DNA from: Mycobacteriales bacterium | GTDB lineage: Bacteria > Actinomycetota > Actinomycetes > Mycobacteriales > Mycobacteriaceae | Length of the DNA stretch: 64,000 nt | NCBI GenBank assembly: GCA_038242295.1 | Contig: JBBSSG010000003.1 | Location: 398 to 64,397, forward strand | Reading direction: 5' to 3' | Part shown: piece by piece, positions 16,808 through 26,863 of the stretch | How positions within the stretch are numbered: the first letter of the stretch is position 1 | Layout of the letters: each line of letters starts with the position of its first letter | The notes under the pieces: model-generated | What the model saw: the letters and a program-made list of their open reading frames with translations, nothing else | Told to the model about the DNA's origin: nothing | Databases searched by the model: none | Made by a program: the position numbers and the translations under genes

Positions 16808-18358
16808 ATGACCCACACCATGCCGATCCAGAAGGTCCAGCTCGAGACCCCGCACGGCGCTGACTCGCCGGGATCCGACACCGATGCGTCGACTAAAAGC
16901 TCCGACCGCAACCTGGCACTGAACTCGCTCGCTTTGATGTTGTCGACCGTCGTCACCGGTGGCCTCGGGTTGCTGTTCTGGGCTGCGGCAGGCCGGTTGT
17001 ATCCGGTGGCCGAGGTCGGTAGCGCGTCCGCGGTGATCACCTCGGCAGTGATGCTGTCGACGTTGTCCAACCTCAGCCTTGGGTCGATGTTCGAGCGCTT
17101 TCTACCGGATTCCGGTCGGCTCGCGCGGATGTTCGTCATCCGCGGCTATTTGACAGTCACCGCGTTCGCGTTTGTTCTCGGGTGCGGGTTCCTTCTCGTC
17201 GCGCCGGTCGAGGAGATGTTCACCAGCACCGCCGAGATAGTGTCCTTCCCTGCCTTCGTTGCGGTACTCGCCGTGTTCGCGCTGCAAGATCAGACGTCGT
17301 CCGGTCTCGGGGTAGCCCGCTGGGCAGCGGGGAAGAACGTCTTCCATGCCGTCGTGAAATTCGCTCTACTCCTTGCCCTGTTCGCCACGGCTCGCAGTAC
17401 CTCGATCATCGCGGCGTGGGCTATCCCAGCGGTCATCGCGTCGATCGTCTTGCTTCGCTACATTCTGCGGGCCCTGCGAACCGAGCCTCGGTACCAGTTG
17501 GAGCCGAAGCTTCCGCCGCGTCGAGAACTCTGGTCTTACTTCGGGTCCGCCTACGGCATCACCGCACTGGGTTCGCTCGCGCCGCTACTGGTGCCGATGA
17601 TCGTCGTCGCCACGTTGGGTGCCGAGTCCAACGCGTACTTCTCGCTGACCTGGTCCATCGTCAGTGCCCTCTATATCTTGATCAGCGTTCTCGTCGGCCC
17701 GTTCGTCGCCGAGGTCGCAGCAAATCCGGACCAGTTCTCGCGATTGACCAAACGGTTCATGACCATGGTGTGCATCGTGGCACTGGGTGGTTCGTTCTTT
17801 CTCGCGTTCATTGCCCCATTCGGGTTGGCGATCGTGGGCGAGCAGTACCGCGAGAACGGCACCATCATCGTTCAGCTTGCCGCCATCACCATTCCGCTCT
17901 CGGTCGTCGGATCGCTGTACGACGGTTTGGCGCGTGTCCAGCGAAGGATGCGGCTCGCTGTCGTAGTGCAGGTATTTGCGACGTCGATCATCATCGTCGG
18001 TTCGGTGACCTTGTCGTCCTCGCTCGGTATTGCCGCTATCGGTTGGGCGTACCTAGCGGCCGAGGGGTTCGGCGCGATTGTGCTGATCGTGCCGTTGATC
18101 CGGTGGATCCGAGAGTTGTCCCATCGCGGCGACGACACACCTCCATCCGAAGACATGTTTCCGCCAGGCCCCCCCGGGCCGCGGCCACCGGCAGCCGGTC
18201 TGTCCGTTCCACCGCGGGTGTATGCAGACACCGAAAGATACGCCCGCCAATTCAGCACCAGCGGTTCGCACCACATCGCTACGAGAAAGCCGAACTTCGA
18301 GCAGGGTCGTATCCAAGGCCCCTACCGCGGGCCCGCACCGGAAGGAGGCACACCATGA
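16808..18358 (+). CDS. Wzx-like polysaccharide flippase (MOP superfamily)
   Basis: About 12 TM segments; NSLALM...GLGLLFWAAAGRLYP...VG.ASA N-terminus typical of actinobacterial polysaccharide transporters; start uncertain (16697-16820). Confidence 0.8.
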   Translation: MTHTMPIQKVQLETPHGADSPGSDTDASTKSSDRNLALNSLALMLSTVVTGGLGLLFWAAAGRLYPVAEVGSASAVITSAVMLSTLSNLSLGSMFERFLPDSGRLARMFVIRGYLTVTAFAFVLGCGFLLVAPVEEMFTSTAEIVSFPAFVAVLAVFALQDQTSSGLGVARWAAGKNVFHAVVKFALLLALFATARSTSIIAAWAIPAVIASIVLLRYILRALRTEPRYQLEPKLPPRRELWSYFGSAYGITALGSLAPLLVPMIVVATLGAESNAYFSLTWSIVSALYILISVLVGPFVAEVAANPDQFSRLTKRFMTMVCIVALGGSFFLAFIAPFGLAIVGEQYRENGTIIVQLAAITIPLSVVGSLYDGLARVQRRMRLAVVVQVFATSIIIVGSVTLSSSLGIAAIGWAYLAAEGFGAIVLIVPLIRWIRELSHRGDDTPPSEDMFPPGPPGPRPPAAGLSVPPRVYADTERYARQFSTSGSHHIATRKPNFEQGRIQGPYRGPAPEGGTP

Positions 18359-19647
18359 TTCGAGAGGTGAGCTCGTACGACGCCCGAAGTACGACGACAT
18401 ACAAAGCAAGCGCAATGGACATGTTGAGGTCTGATTCGCGCATCATCTGTGCGCTCGGGCCGGCGGACTTCGGCGGCATCGAACGTATCCGGGCGCGGCT
18501 GCGCACGCTGGCCGCAGCGGGTCCCGCTGCACGGCTCGGCCTGAGGATCACACCGTCGTCGCAGAAGTGGGCCTACGAACCCGACCTGGTGTGCAGCGAC
18601 GTCGAATTGTCGCCGCCGATCACGGCAACCAGTGTCGCGGACGCGCTCGTCGAGCTCGCGTCGACGGCCTCGACCGAAGTGCCGTTGCGAGCGCGCCTTG
18701 CCGGGGAGTATCTCCTGCTGGATCTGTCGCACGGACTGAGCGACGCGGCGCTGCCGGTAGCGCTCTACGCTTACCTGGCTGACCCCGACGCCGATCCACC
18801 ACTACCTTCCTGGGCCACGGCCCGAGTAGTGCACAATCCACTGCTACGTGCGTTCACCAGCTGGGTTGTGCGTAATCCCCGCAAGGTCATCGATGTCCTC
18901 TACGGCAGGCTTCGTCCGCGACGCTCCGGAGGTGCGGCCGGTACTGCGGGGCAGTCCGAGCCGCGCCTCGTGCCGTGGACCAGATCGCCCGCGGTGGCCA
19001 CCGCGACGTCGCCGGCCGGCGCTCCCGCAGCGCTTCGCGAGTGGCGGACACGTACCTTCTCCGACGTGTCGGTGCCGTCGATGCTCTGTGGCGCGGTCGC
19101 GAGGGCGTTGATCGACCAAGGAATTTCTGTGGCACCCACAGCCACCTTCCTGTTCGATTGCCGGCGCTATTTGCGAACGAGCGGGCTCGTACTGGGGAAC
19201 TTCGCGGTCGGAATCGACTTCAGCGATCTCGATCCGACATCTCCACCTGCGGTGCACGACGCCATTACTCGTGCCATCGAGAGCGGACGGCCCCTCGCGG
19301 CAGGGGCATTGAGTGCCCTGCTGTATCTGCGGACACAGTCTGCATTGCCGTCCAGCGCAGCCGATAGTGTTTCGGCGGACGCCGACGCTCGGTTGACGTT
19401 CTCGGACGTGGGGCGGTTGAGGCAGGTGGAGAACATTGCGTGGACCGAAGAACCTGACCGGTGCCAGTTCTATCCGCTCAGCGAACCCGCACACCCGGAG
19501 TCGATCGTGATCACCTCCATGCAGGTCCGCGATACATTCCACGTATCGGCCTCGTTCCACGACAATGTCTTCGACGTGGACGCGGTTCAGGCCGCTTTGG
19601 ATATCGCATTATCGAACCCCATCGCTGTGCTCAGCAGCCAGGAGTGA
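18355..19647 (+). CDS. Stand-alone HxxxD acyltransferase (condensation/CAT-like fold)
   Basis: LDLSHGLSDA motif, later FDCRRYL, GNF and LTFSDVG segments typical of this fold; ATGA overlap with the flippase stop and a GGAGG RBS. Confidence 0.65.
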   Translation: MIREVSSYDARSTTTYKASAMDMLRSDSRIICALGPADFGGIERIRARLRTLAAAGPAARLGLRITPSSQKWAYEPDLVCSDVELSPPITATSVADALVELASTASTEVPLRARLAGEYLLLDLSHGLSDAALPVALYAYLADPDADPPLPSWATARVVHNPLLRAFTSWVVRNPRKVIDVLYGRLRPRRSGGAAGTAGQSEPRLVPWTRSPAVATATSPAGAPAALREWRTRTFSDVSVPSMLCGAVARALIDQGISVAPTATFLFDCRRYLRTSGLVLGNFAVGIDFSDLDPTSPPAVHDAITRAIESGRPLAAGALSALLYLRTQSALPSSAADSVSADADARLTFSDVGRLRQVENIAWTEEPDRCQFYPLSEPAHPESIVITSMQVRDTFHVSASFHDNVFDVDAVQAALDIALSNPIAVLSSQE

Positions 19648-19652
19648 CCAAG

Positions 19653-20396
19653 ATGAGTACCCAGGTCCAACAAGTACGCGCAGCACTGGCGGGTAAGCCG
19701 ACGAAAGGCCCCGGCGCATCACTGTGGGCCAGGATCGGCTACTGGGCAGGCATTGCTGTGGTGCAGCTTCTCGTTGTCGAGTTCATCGTCTCGGCTACCT
19801 GGCGCGGTCTCTACAGCTATCGAACCAATTTCGTCAGCGAACTGGGCGTCGCATTCTGCGGCCCGACCGGAAATTGGCCGTGCAGCAAGCTGTATCCGTT
19901 GATGAACATTTCCATCGCATTGGTCGGCGTCGCCCTGATCGTTGCAGCGACGGCGTGGCTGGTCATCGGTGTTCTCGATGTCCGCGGCGGAGTTCTTCTG
20001 TACGTGGCCGGGCTGGGTGCCGTCATGGCCGGGATGTTCAACCAGGGCCTCAACTATGACGTTCACTCGTTCGGCGCGACCCTGTTGTTCGTGGTGGGAA
20101 GCCTCGGTCTGATCGTCGCGGGCGGCCACCGTTCGCTTCGGCGCACGATCAGCATCACCGTCACTGCGCTGGGCGGCGTCGGACTCACCGCCTCATTGTT
20201 GTTCATCGGTGGTCACAGTTTCGGCATCGGAATCGGCGGTATCGAGCGAGTCGTCGTGTATTCCATCCTCATCGGAATTGTCGTACTGGCTGTAGCGCAC
20301 CGTTCGACGGCTCGCCGCATGCAGATTCTCGCGACCTCGACCTCGACCGCTACCGCCGCATCCGCTGACACCGCGGATCGCAGCGACGAGCGATGA
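19653..20396 (+). CDS. DUF998-like membrane protein
   Basis: YSYRTNFVSELG, conserved VH..GA and GGIER motifs, about 5-6 TM segments. Confidence 0.7.
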   Translation: MSTQVQQVRAALAGKPTKGPGASLWARIGYWAGIAVVQLLVVEFIVSATWRGLYSYRTNFVSELGVAFCGPTGNWPCSKLYPLMNISIALVGVALIVAATAWLVIGVLDVRGGVLLYVAGLGAVMAGMFNQGLNYDVHSFGATLLFVVGSLGLIVAGGHRSLRRTISITVTALGGVGLTASLLFIGGHSFGIGIGGIERVVVYSILIGIVVLAVAHRSTARRMQILATSTSTATAASADTADRSDER

Positions 20397-21325
20397 CGCA
20401 CAGTGTCGAACCGTCGACCGTCGAGGTTTCTCGGCTTCCCTCACCGGGTGTGGACCCACCGCCGCGGAAGAAGCTCCGATCACGCCTTCTCGGCATCGTC
20501 GTAGTCGCCGCGACAGTGGCGGTATCGGGCTCGGTTGCGTACCAACAGTTGTGGCCTCAGCGCAACGATGCCAACAAGGGTTCGACGGTTGCGAGCGGAG
20601 AAAACATCGACGATTTCACCGTGTACGACCAGTTCGACGGCGTTGCAGGCACCAGCCTCGACTCGGCCAGGTGGAGCTACGACACCGGCCGAACGGGGTG
20701 GGGCAACAACGAGAAGCAGGCCTACACCGACTCGACGGACAACGCCGCTCAGGACGGATCCGGCAACCTGAGTATCTCCGTGTTGGACGGAGCCGACGGA
20801 TACACCTCGGCGCGGGTAACGACGAAGGACAAGTTCGAGTTCACCTACGGACGCGTCGAGGCTCGCATCAAAATGCCCGCCGGCCAAGGTCTCCATCCGG
20901 CATTCTGGCTTCTCGGCTCCAATCTGGAATGGGTCGGGTGGCCGATCTCCGGGGAGATCGACGTGATCGAGACGCTGAACGCAGCCGATAATTATCACAC
21001 CGGCATCCATGCACCTCAGGCCGACAGCTTGGACAGCCAAAAGGCTGGCGCCTCGGGTTTTCCGGTCGCACCGCTGTCCGAGGATTATCACGTCTACTGG
21101 GTCGAGCGATCGCCGGGCAAAATCGTCACAGGCATGGACGAGACGGTTCTCTCGACGCTGACGCCGGCCGATCTGACGGGCGGTGCCCAATACTGGGTGT
21201 TCGACAAGCCGTTCTATCTGCTGTTCAACGTTGCGGTCGCCGGCGACTGGCCGGGTCCGACGAACGCGCAGACAAAATTTCCCGCGACGATGTCCATCGA
21301 CTGGGTTCGTTACCGAACCGACTGA
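20393..21325 (+). CDS. GH16 glycoside hydrolase (beta-glucanase-like), N-terminally membrane-anchored
   Basis: GWGNNE, YTSARV, PAFWLLG, catalytic EIDVIE and IDWVRY. Confidence 0.93.
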   Translation: MTHSVEPSTVEVSRLPSPGVDPPPRKKLRSRLLGIVVVAATVAVSGSVAYQQLWPQRNDANKGSTVASGENIDDFTVYDQFDGVAGTSLDSARWSYDTGRTGWGNNEKQAYTDSTDNAAQDGSGNLSISVLDGADGYTSARVTTKDKFEFTYGRVEARIKMPAGQGLHPAFWLLGSNLEWVGWPISGEIDVIETLNAADNYHTGIHAPQADSLDSQKAGASGFPVAPLSEDYHVYWVERSPGKIVTGMDETVLSTLTPADLTGGAQYWVFDKPFYLLFNVAVAGDWPGPTNAQTKFPATMSIDWVRYRTD

Positions 21326-21375
21326 AACTTTTCCGCATTGCCAGCTGAACCAGCTGTATCGAAAGGAACCACCCC

Positions 21376-22662
21376 GTGTTGAAGCCTGCACTTCCAAGAT
21401 TGCAGTCGCCGGAATGGGACGGCGCACTCTGGATCGGCGACGTCGACATCGAGGAAGAGATGTCCGAGTCCCTGTCCCTGTCGGACGCGGACGGTTATTC
21501 ACGCGCTCGACTCCTCGTTCGGCACGGCATGGACCCGCTGGGCTTCGTCGAACTTCCGATCGACGACGGCTCGGTTTCTGTCGAGGCTCTCATCGAGGGC
21601 GTCCGCACGCTCGCACCGAGAGTGGATTCCGGTGACGCTGACACCTGCGCCGACGTTCTGCCCCCTGTCACTGTCGTGATCTGCACTCGCGATCGAATCG
21701 ATCATTTGCGCGGGGCCCTGGCCTCGGTTCTCGCGGTGGACTACCCGGACTTCGAGGTCGTCGTCGTCGACAATGCATCCCCCACCGATGCCACCATCGA
21801 TTACGTCCGATCCCTGGCAGATTCGCGTATTCGTGTCGTGTCCGAACCTACCGCGGGTCTCTCTCGCGCCAGAAACACCGGCCTTCGTGCCGCCCGACAC
21901 TCCATCGTGGCATTCACCGATGACGACGTCGCCGTCGATGCGTTGTGGCTCCGCAGCATTGCGCGCGGATTCGGACGCGGCGAGAGGGTGACGTGCGTGT
22001 CGGGGATCGTGCCCAGTGGTGAAATCCGAACGCACGCACAAGCCTATTTCGATCGCCGCGTCGGCTGGGCCAGCTCAATTACGCCTCGCGTTTACGATCT
22101 CGCGCATCCGCCCGCAGACATTCCACTGTTCCCGTTCCAGGTCGGCATGTACGGCACCGGCGCGAACTTCGCCGTCAGACGGGACCGCATGTTCGATCTC
22201 GGCGGATTCGACGAGGCACTCGGCGTCGGGTCCCCGACCAACGGCGGGGAGGACCTCGACATGTTCTTCCGCGTGCTGATGGCCGGGGACCAACTGGTCT
22301 ACGAGCCCGCATCGATCGTGTGGCATCGACATCGCGCCGACTCCGAAGCGCTCGCAGTCCAAGCCCGCGGATACGGCCTCGGGCTGGGGGCATGGCTGAT
22401 GACCGTGGCGACGAACCGCCGGGCCGCCACTCTCGCTGCACGCGTCGCGACACGAAGACTGGGCAGCGCCATCAGGTTGTCTGCCAAGATGAGCAAGGTC
22501 GCCTCTCCCCCGGACGACCTCGCGGCTGACCTTCCTGATGGAATCGGCCGAATGGAGCTTTTCTCCATAGTCAAGGGTCCGGGCGCGCTGCGTCGTAGCC
22601 GTCGCGAAGGTCGTGTTCGAGCACCATTGCTGGGAGTGAGCCGTGAGCCTGTCCTCGACTGA
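21376..22662 (+). CDS. GT2 glycosyltransferase
   Basis: VVICTRDR, VVVDN, GLSRARN, FTDDD, GANFA and GGEDLD. Confidence 0.92.
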   Translation: MLKPALPRLQSPEWDGALWIGDVDIEEEMSESLSLSDADGYSRARLLVRHGMDPLGFVELPIDDGSVSVEALIEGVRTLAPRVDSGDADTCADVLPPVTVVICTRDRIDHLRGALASVLAVDYPDFEVVVVDNASPTDATIDYVRSLADSRIRVVSEPTAGLSRARNTGLRAARHSIVAFTDDDVAVDALWLRSIARGFGRGERVTCVSGIVPSGEIRTHAQAYFDRRVGWASSITPRVYDLAHPPADIPLFPFQVGMYGTGANFAVRRDRMFDLGGFDEALGVGSPTNGGEDLDMFFRVLMAGDQLVYEPASIVWHRHRADSEALAVQARGYGLGLGAWLMTVATNRRAATLAARVATRRLGSAIRLSAKMSKVASPPDDLAADLPDGIGRMELFSIVKGPGALRRSRREGRVRAPLLGVSREPVLD

Positions 22663-24817
22663 TCTCCGCAACGTCGGCGGCCGTCCGCCGACAACACCGC
22701 GGCCCAGCATTCGGTTCGCCGATCTAGCCGTTCTCGCCGCAATCGCGGCCCTGGCGGCGCTGCTTCCGCTACCCGCCCCGATCCGTGCTGCACTTCTCAC
22801 GTTCACCGTGTTCACCGGGCCAGGCTCGGCGATTCTGACCTGGATCTACATTCCTCCGCGGGCTCGACTCGGCGCGGTCCCAATATTGAGTCTCGCGTCC
22901 TTCACTCTCGTCACGATGGCCGCGATGTGGGGATACCAGTGGTCGCCGCGCTGGATCACCGCGATTGTGGCCCTCGTGCAGGTCGGATCTGCCGTCCTCT
23001 GGTACCGCAAATACAGCGAGTGGCCGGACGCCCATGCCTGGCAGGAATGGGCCCGGCACACCTTCTCCCGCGATTCGATTCGCGGACGCATTCTGCTGAC
23101 GAGGTCGATCCTGTGGGATCGAGAATTCCTCCGGCACAATGTCGCCGGCATCGTGCTCGCGTTGGCTGTCGTACTGTGGCTGCCCGCGCTTCCCGGGCTG
23201 AAGACTGCCGGGTACTCGCAGTTCGGACTACTGACCGCCGGCACTGGCCCCATCCTGATCGTCTGTATGGCGCTGGTGGTCGGAGCCTTTCTGACGGCGA
23301 TTCGCCGGAATCAACTTCGCATCGCCGTCGCGGCCATCGCTGTCGCAATCATCGTGCAGCGCCTGACGGTGACGCTGGTGACCGACGTGCCCGTGTACGA
23401 GTGGACGTACAAGCACGTCGCTGTCACCGAGTTCATTCTCGCGTTCGGGGCGTTGCCGCCCAACGGGATCGACATCTACGCGCAATGGCCGGGGTTTTTC
23501 GTCGTCACTGCCTGGTTCAGCCAGGCCACGGGTTTCGGAATTCTCTCACTCGCTCACGTCTTCACCCCGATGATCCACGTCCTCACCGCCGTCTTCATCT
23601 TCTCGATTGCCCGCATCTTGAAGTTCCGGCGCCGTGTCGCGGTGACCGCGGTGATGCTCGGAGAGCTGGTGAACTGGGTCGGCCAGGACTACTACGCTCC
23701 GCAAGCCCTCGGTTTTGTTCTTGCCGTGGGATTTCTGGTGCTGCTGCTCGCTTCGGTGCAGCTTCGTGTGGCCGGATTTCTTGCCATCCTCCCGTTTGCC
23801 GCGTTGGTACCTACACACCAGCTCACCCCGTACTGGCTGTTCGCGGTCACCGGAGTCCTCCTTGTCACGCGACGAGTCAAACCGTGGTGGCTCATGTTCC
23901 CGCTCGCGTTCATCCTTTTCGGATATCTGTATCCCAGACTGTCCATCGTTGCGCCGTACGGACTCCTGTCTGGCTTCGATCCGGTCGAGAATGCGGCGAG
24001 CAATGTTCAGGCGCCAGGAATCCTGGGGAAACAGGTGACCTCGCTCATGTGCCGGGCCTTGTCGGCGGGCGTGTTCGGCCTGGCGTTGATGTCGGTGGTG
24101 TACGCGTGGCGGACCAAGAAGACGTTTTGGGCACCGATGGTCATGGCCTTCGGCTCGATCGGACTGCTGGCCGGCCAGAGCTACGGCGGTGAGGCGATCT
24201 TCCGTGTGTACCTCTATGCCATTCCCGGTTGCGTGTTGTTGATTGCCCCGATGCTCCTCGCTGCCCTCGACGCAGATCCGTCGGCAGCCCGTTCGACAGC
24301 GGGCAAGGTAGGTGCGCGCCTAGCTGTGGCGTGTGCGGCTGTGGGGACCGTCGGCGCAGCTACGTTCGGACTTCAAGGCTATTTCGGTCTCTGGCCCATG
24401 ATCATCGAGAATCGCGCTCAGGTCGATCAGACGCGGGAGCTGGTGGCGGAGGCTCCTGCGGGCTCGACGTTCACCATGCTCTATCCGGCTGGCTTCCCGA
24501 TCAGATCGACGGCGAAGTACGTGGCGCAAGCAGAAGCGAACGAGTTGTTCGACGCGCCCTTCAACTACTACGGCCCCGAGTACATGCTGGAGTTCCCGAC
24601 GGCCGAACAACTCGAAGACTTCGAGTGGCAGGCGTCGCAGCGCGATGTGCCTGCGTACGTGATTTTGACTCGTCAGTCACTCGAGGCCATGAAGTACTAC
24701 GGGTTCATGCAAGATGGCGCGGCGGAAACCTTCGAGCGTTGGCTGCGGTGGAATCCTGCCTGGTCGGTGAAGTTTCAAGATGCTGACACCATCGTTTTCG
24801 AGAGACCGGTCGACTGA
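22643..24817 (+). CDS. Large polytopic membrane protein, putative polysaccharide polymerase or GT-C-like transferase
   Basis: More than 14 hydrophobic segments; YEWTYKH, WPGFF, NWVGQDYYAPQ and THQLTP motifs; lies between GT2 genes. Confidence 0.6.
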   Translation: MSLSSTDLRNVGGRPPTTPRPSIRFADLAVLAAIAALAALLPLPAPIRAALLTFTVFTGPGSAILTWIYIPPRARLGAVPILSLASFTLVTMAAMWGYQWSPRWITAIVALVQVGSAVLWYRKYSEWPDAHAWQEWARHTFSRDSIRGRILLTRSILWDREFLRHNVAGIVLALAVVLWLPALPGLKTAGYSQFGLLTAGTGPILIVCMALVVGAFLTAIRRNQLRIAVAAIAVAIIVQRLTVTLVTDVPVYEWTYKHVAVTEFILAFGALPPNGIDIYAQWPGFFVVTAWFSQATGFGILSLAHVFTPMIHVLTAVFIFSIARILKFRRRVAVTAVMLGELVNWVGQDYYAPQALGFVLAVGFLVLLLASVQLRVAGFLAILPFAALVPTHQLTPYWLFAVTGVLLVTRRVKPWWLMFPLAFILFGYLYPRLSIVAPYGLLSGFDPVENAASNVQAPGILGKQVTSLMCRALSAGVFGLALMSVVYAWRTKKTFWAPMVMAFGSIGLLAGQSYGGEAIFRVYLYAIPGCVLLIAPMLLAALDADPSAARSTAGKVGARLAVACAAVGTVGAATFGLQGYFGLWPMIIENRAQVDQTRELVAEAPAGSTFTMLYPAGFPIRSTAKYVAQAEANELFDAPFNYYGPEYMLEFPTAEQLEDFEWQASQRDVPAYVILTRQSLEAMKYYGFMQDGAAETFERWLRWNPAWSVKFQDADTIVFERPVD

Positions 24818-24875
24818 ACAGCCTCCTGGTATGTGTGTCGTCTCACAAACAGCCCGCCAGTTTGTTTCGAGCCGC

Positions 24876-24903
24876 TTGACAAACCGGTGGCTTCTTTTAA
24901 GGT
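24876..24903 (+). promoter_or_regulatory. Candidate sigma-A promoter for the downstream GT2 pair
   Basis: TTGACA-N16-TAAGGT, preceded by an inverted repeat ACAAAC-N9-GTTTGT at 24845-24865. Confidence 0.45.
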
Positions 24904-25055
24904 AATGAAGAAGGTCAACGAAATCGGAAAGCCGCGTTCGAAGCTGAGCGTGAAGAATTTCAATCTGTGGATCCGCCGGGGGGTCGCGCCGCAGGTGTTT
25001 TCAGACCCGTCGGTCAGTGCACAAATACCCGTTTGGAATGGAAATGTTGAAATCC

Positions 25056-25901
25056 ATGAACCCTCGCATCAGTGTCGTAATCCCAACGCTCAACGAGGCT
25101 GCGAACCTGCGCCACGTCCTACCGTTGCTGTCACACGATTACGAACTCATCCTCGTTGACGGCGGTTCCATCGACGGAACCATCGATGCTGCTCGTGAGA
25201 TTCGCGGTGACATTCGCATCATCAAGCAGACCCGCAAGGGCAAGGGCAATGCTCTTGCTTGCGGCTTCGAGGCTGCCACTGGCGACATCATCGTGATGTT
25301 CGACGCCGACGGTTCGGCCAATGCGGACGAAATCCCGCGCTTCGTCGACGCGCTACTGGCCGGCGCCGACTTCGCGAAGGGCAGTCGCTTCACCGATGGT
25401 GGCGGTAGCGACGACATCACCCCGCTACGCCGCGCCGGCAACGGCGGCTTGCACATCGTCGCAAACACGCTCTTCGGAACAAAGTTTTCTGACCTGTGCT
25501 ACGGATACAACGCCTTCTGGCGCGATCTGGTGCCGGTGCTCGACCTGCCCGCCGTCGACCAAGCACACGCCGAGGGTCAAATGCTCTGGGGCGATGGGTT
25601 CGAGATCGAGACCATCATCAACTGCCGTTTCGCAGAGGCCGATGTCCGCATCCAGGAGGTGCCGAGCATCGAGTTGGCTCGTATCTACGGCCAGAGCAAC
25701 CTGCGTACCTTCTCCGACGGCTTCCGCGTGCTCCGTACGCTGTTCACCGAGCGCCTGCGCGCACGCCGGCTCGCCAAGAAGTCCATCACTCGTCCGGGTC
25801 GTCGCACCAACGACGCGCGTACCGATATGGACCTGGAATTCGAGGCATTCGAGGTTTTCGGAGTGCTCAACGAGATTGATCTTCAAGAGAAATCGGCGTG
25901 A
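25056..25901 (+). CDS. GT2 glycosyltransferase, polyprenol-phosphate glycosyltransferase (DPM1-like)
   Basis: ISVVIPTLNE, VDGGSIDGT, GKGNAL, FDADGS, KGSRF, SDLCYGY and GFEIE; start 25038-25056. Confidence 0.9.
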   Translation: MNPRISVVIPTLNEAANLRHVLPLLSHDYELILVDGGSIDGTIDAAREIRGDIRIIKQTRKGKGNALACGFEAATGDIIVMFDADGSANADEIPRFVDALLAGADFAKGSRFTDGGGSDDITPLRRAGNGGLHIVANTLFGTKFSDLCYGYNAFWRDLVPVLDLPAVDQAHAEGQMLWGDGFEIETIINCRFAEADVRIQEVPSIELARIYGQSNLRTFSDGFRVLRTLFTERLRARRLAKKSITRPGRRTNDARTDMDLEFEAFEVFGVLNEIDLQEKSA

Positions 25902-26863
25902 GCCAGCTTTCCTCGTCGGTAGTCGTCTGCGCTTACACTCTCGATCGCTGGAACGATCTCAGCGCGGCAGTCGATGCCGTGCTGGGGCAGTCGACTGCAG
26001 CGACAGAACTGCTGGTCGTCATCGACCACAACGAAGCGTTGTTCGAGCGTGCGCGGGCAGAGTTCGTCGCGCGTAGCTCGGCGGTCGTCGTCGTCGAGAA
26101 CTCCCATCCGCGCGGTTTGTCCGGAGCCCGCAACACGTCGCTCGACCGCGCGGTGGGCGAGATCGTCGTTTTCCTCGACGACGACGCTGCTCCGCGCTCG
26201 ACCGATTGGCTTTCATCGATCTTGGCCCACTACGCCGATCCGGCCGTCTATGCGGTCGGTGGGTCTGCGCATCCAGTGTGGCCGAGTACACGTCCCACGT
26301 TTCTGCCCGCAGCAGTGCCGGGTGAGCCCGGCGAACTGGATTGGATCGTAGGCTGCACGTACAAGGGGCAGCCCACAACCACGTCGACGGTGCGCAACCT
26401 GATGGGCGCCAACATGTCTTTCCGGCGTGAGCCGATCGTGCAGCTGGGCGGCTTCGTATCCGGCATCGGCCGCATCGGCCGCATTCCGCTGGGCTGCGAA
26501 GAGACCGAGCTGTGCATCAGACTGCGTCAGAGACATCCCGACGCGCAGATCCTTTTCGATCCGTCGATCGCCGTCGACCACAATGTCAGCGCCGACCGTA
26601 CGCGGCCTCGGTATCTTCTCTCGCGCAGCTACGCCGAGGGTGTCTCCAAGGCTGCTATCGCTCGTCTCATCGGATCCGAGGACGCACTGTCGTCCGAACG
26701 CTCCTACACGGCCAAGATCCTTCCGCGCGCGCTCGGACGTGAAACGGTCGCAGCGGCGAAGGGAAACCCGGCCCGCCTGTGGGGTGCCGTCGCTGTCGTC
26801 GCCAGCGTCGGAGCAGCTGGTTTCGGCTACGCACGCGGACGGTTCAGTAGCATCTCCCGCTAG
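25898..26863 (+). CDS. GT2 glycosyltransferase
   Basis: VVVCAYT, GLSGARN, FLDDDA, MGANMSFRR and GCEETEL; GTGA overlap with the upstream gene. Confidence 0.92.
   Translation: MSQLSSSVVVCAYTLDRWNDLSAAVDAVLGQSTAATELLVVIDHNEALFERARAEFVARSSAVVVVENSHPRGLSGARNTSLDRAVGEIVVFLDDDAAPRSTDWLSSILAHYADPAVYAVGGSAHPVWPSTRPTFLPAAVPGEPGELDWIVGCTYKGQPTTTSTVRNLMGANMSFRREPIVQLGGFVSGIGRIGRIPLGCEETELCIRLRQRHPDAQILFDPSIAVDHNVSADRTRPRYLLSRSYAEGVSKAAIARLIGSEDALSSERSYTAKILPRALGRETVAAAKGNPARLWGAVAVVASVGAAGFGYARGRFSSISR

Noticed and set aside
17182-18354. N-terminal 390 aa of the 821-aa track ORF
   Set aside because: Out-of-frame overlap with the flippase; the real gene starts at 18355 with an RBS
24833-25159. 108-aa ORF between the membrane protein and GT2
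   Set aside because: AT-richer promoter-like sequence overlapping the GT2 start out of frame
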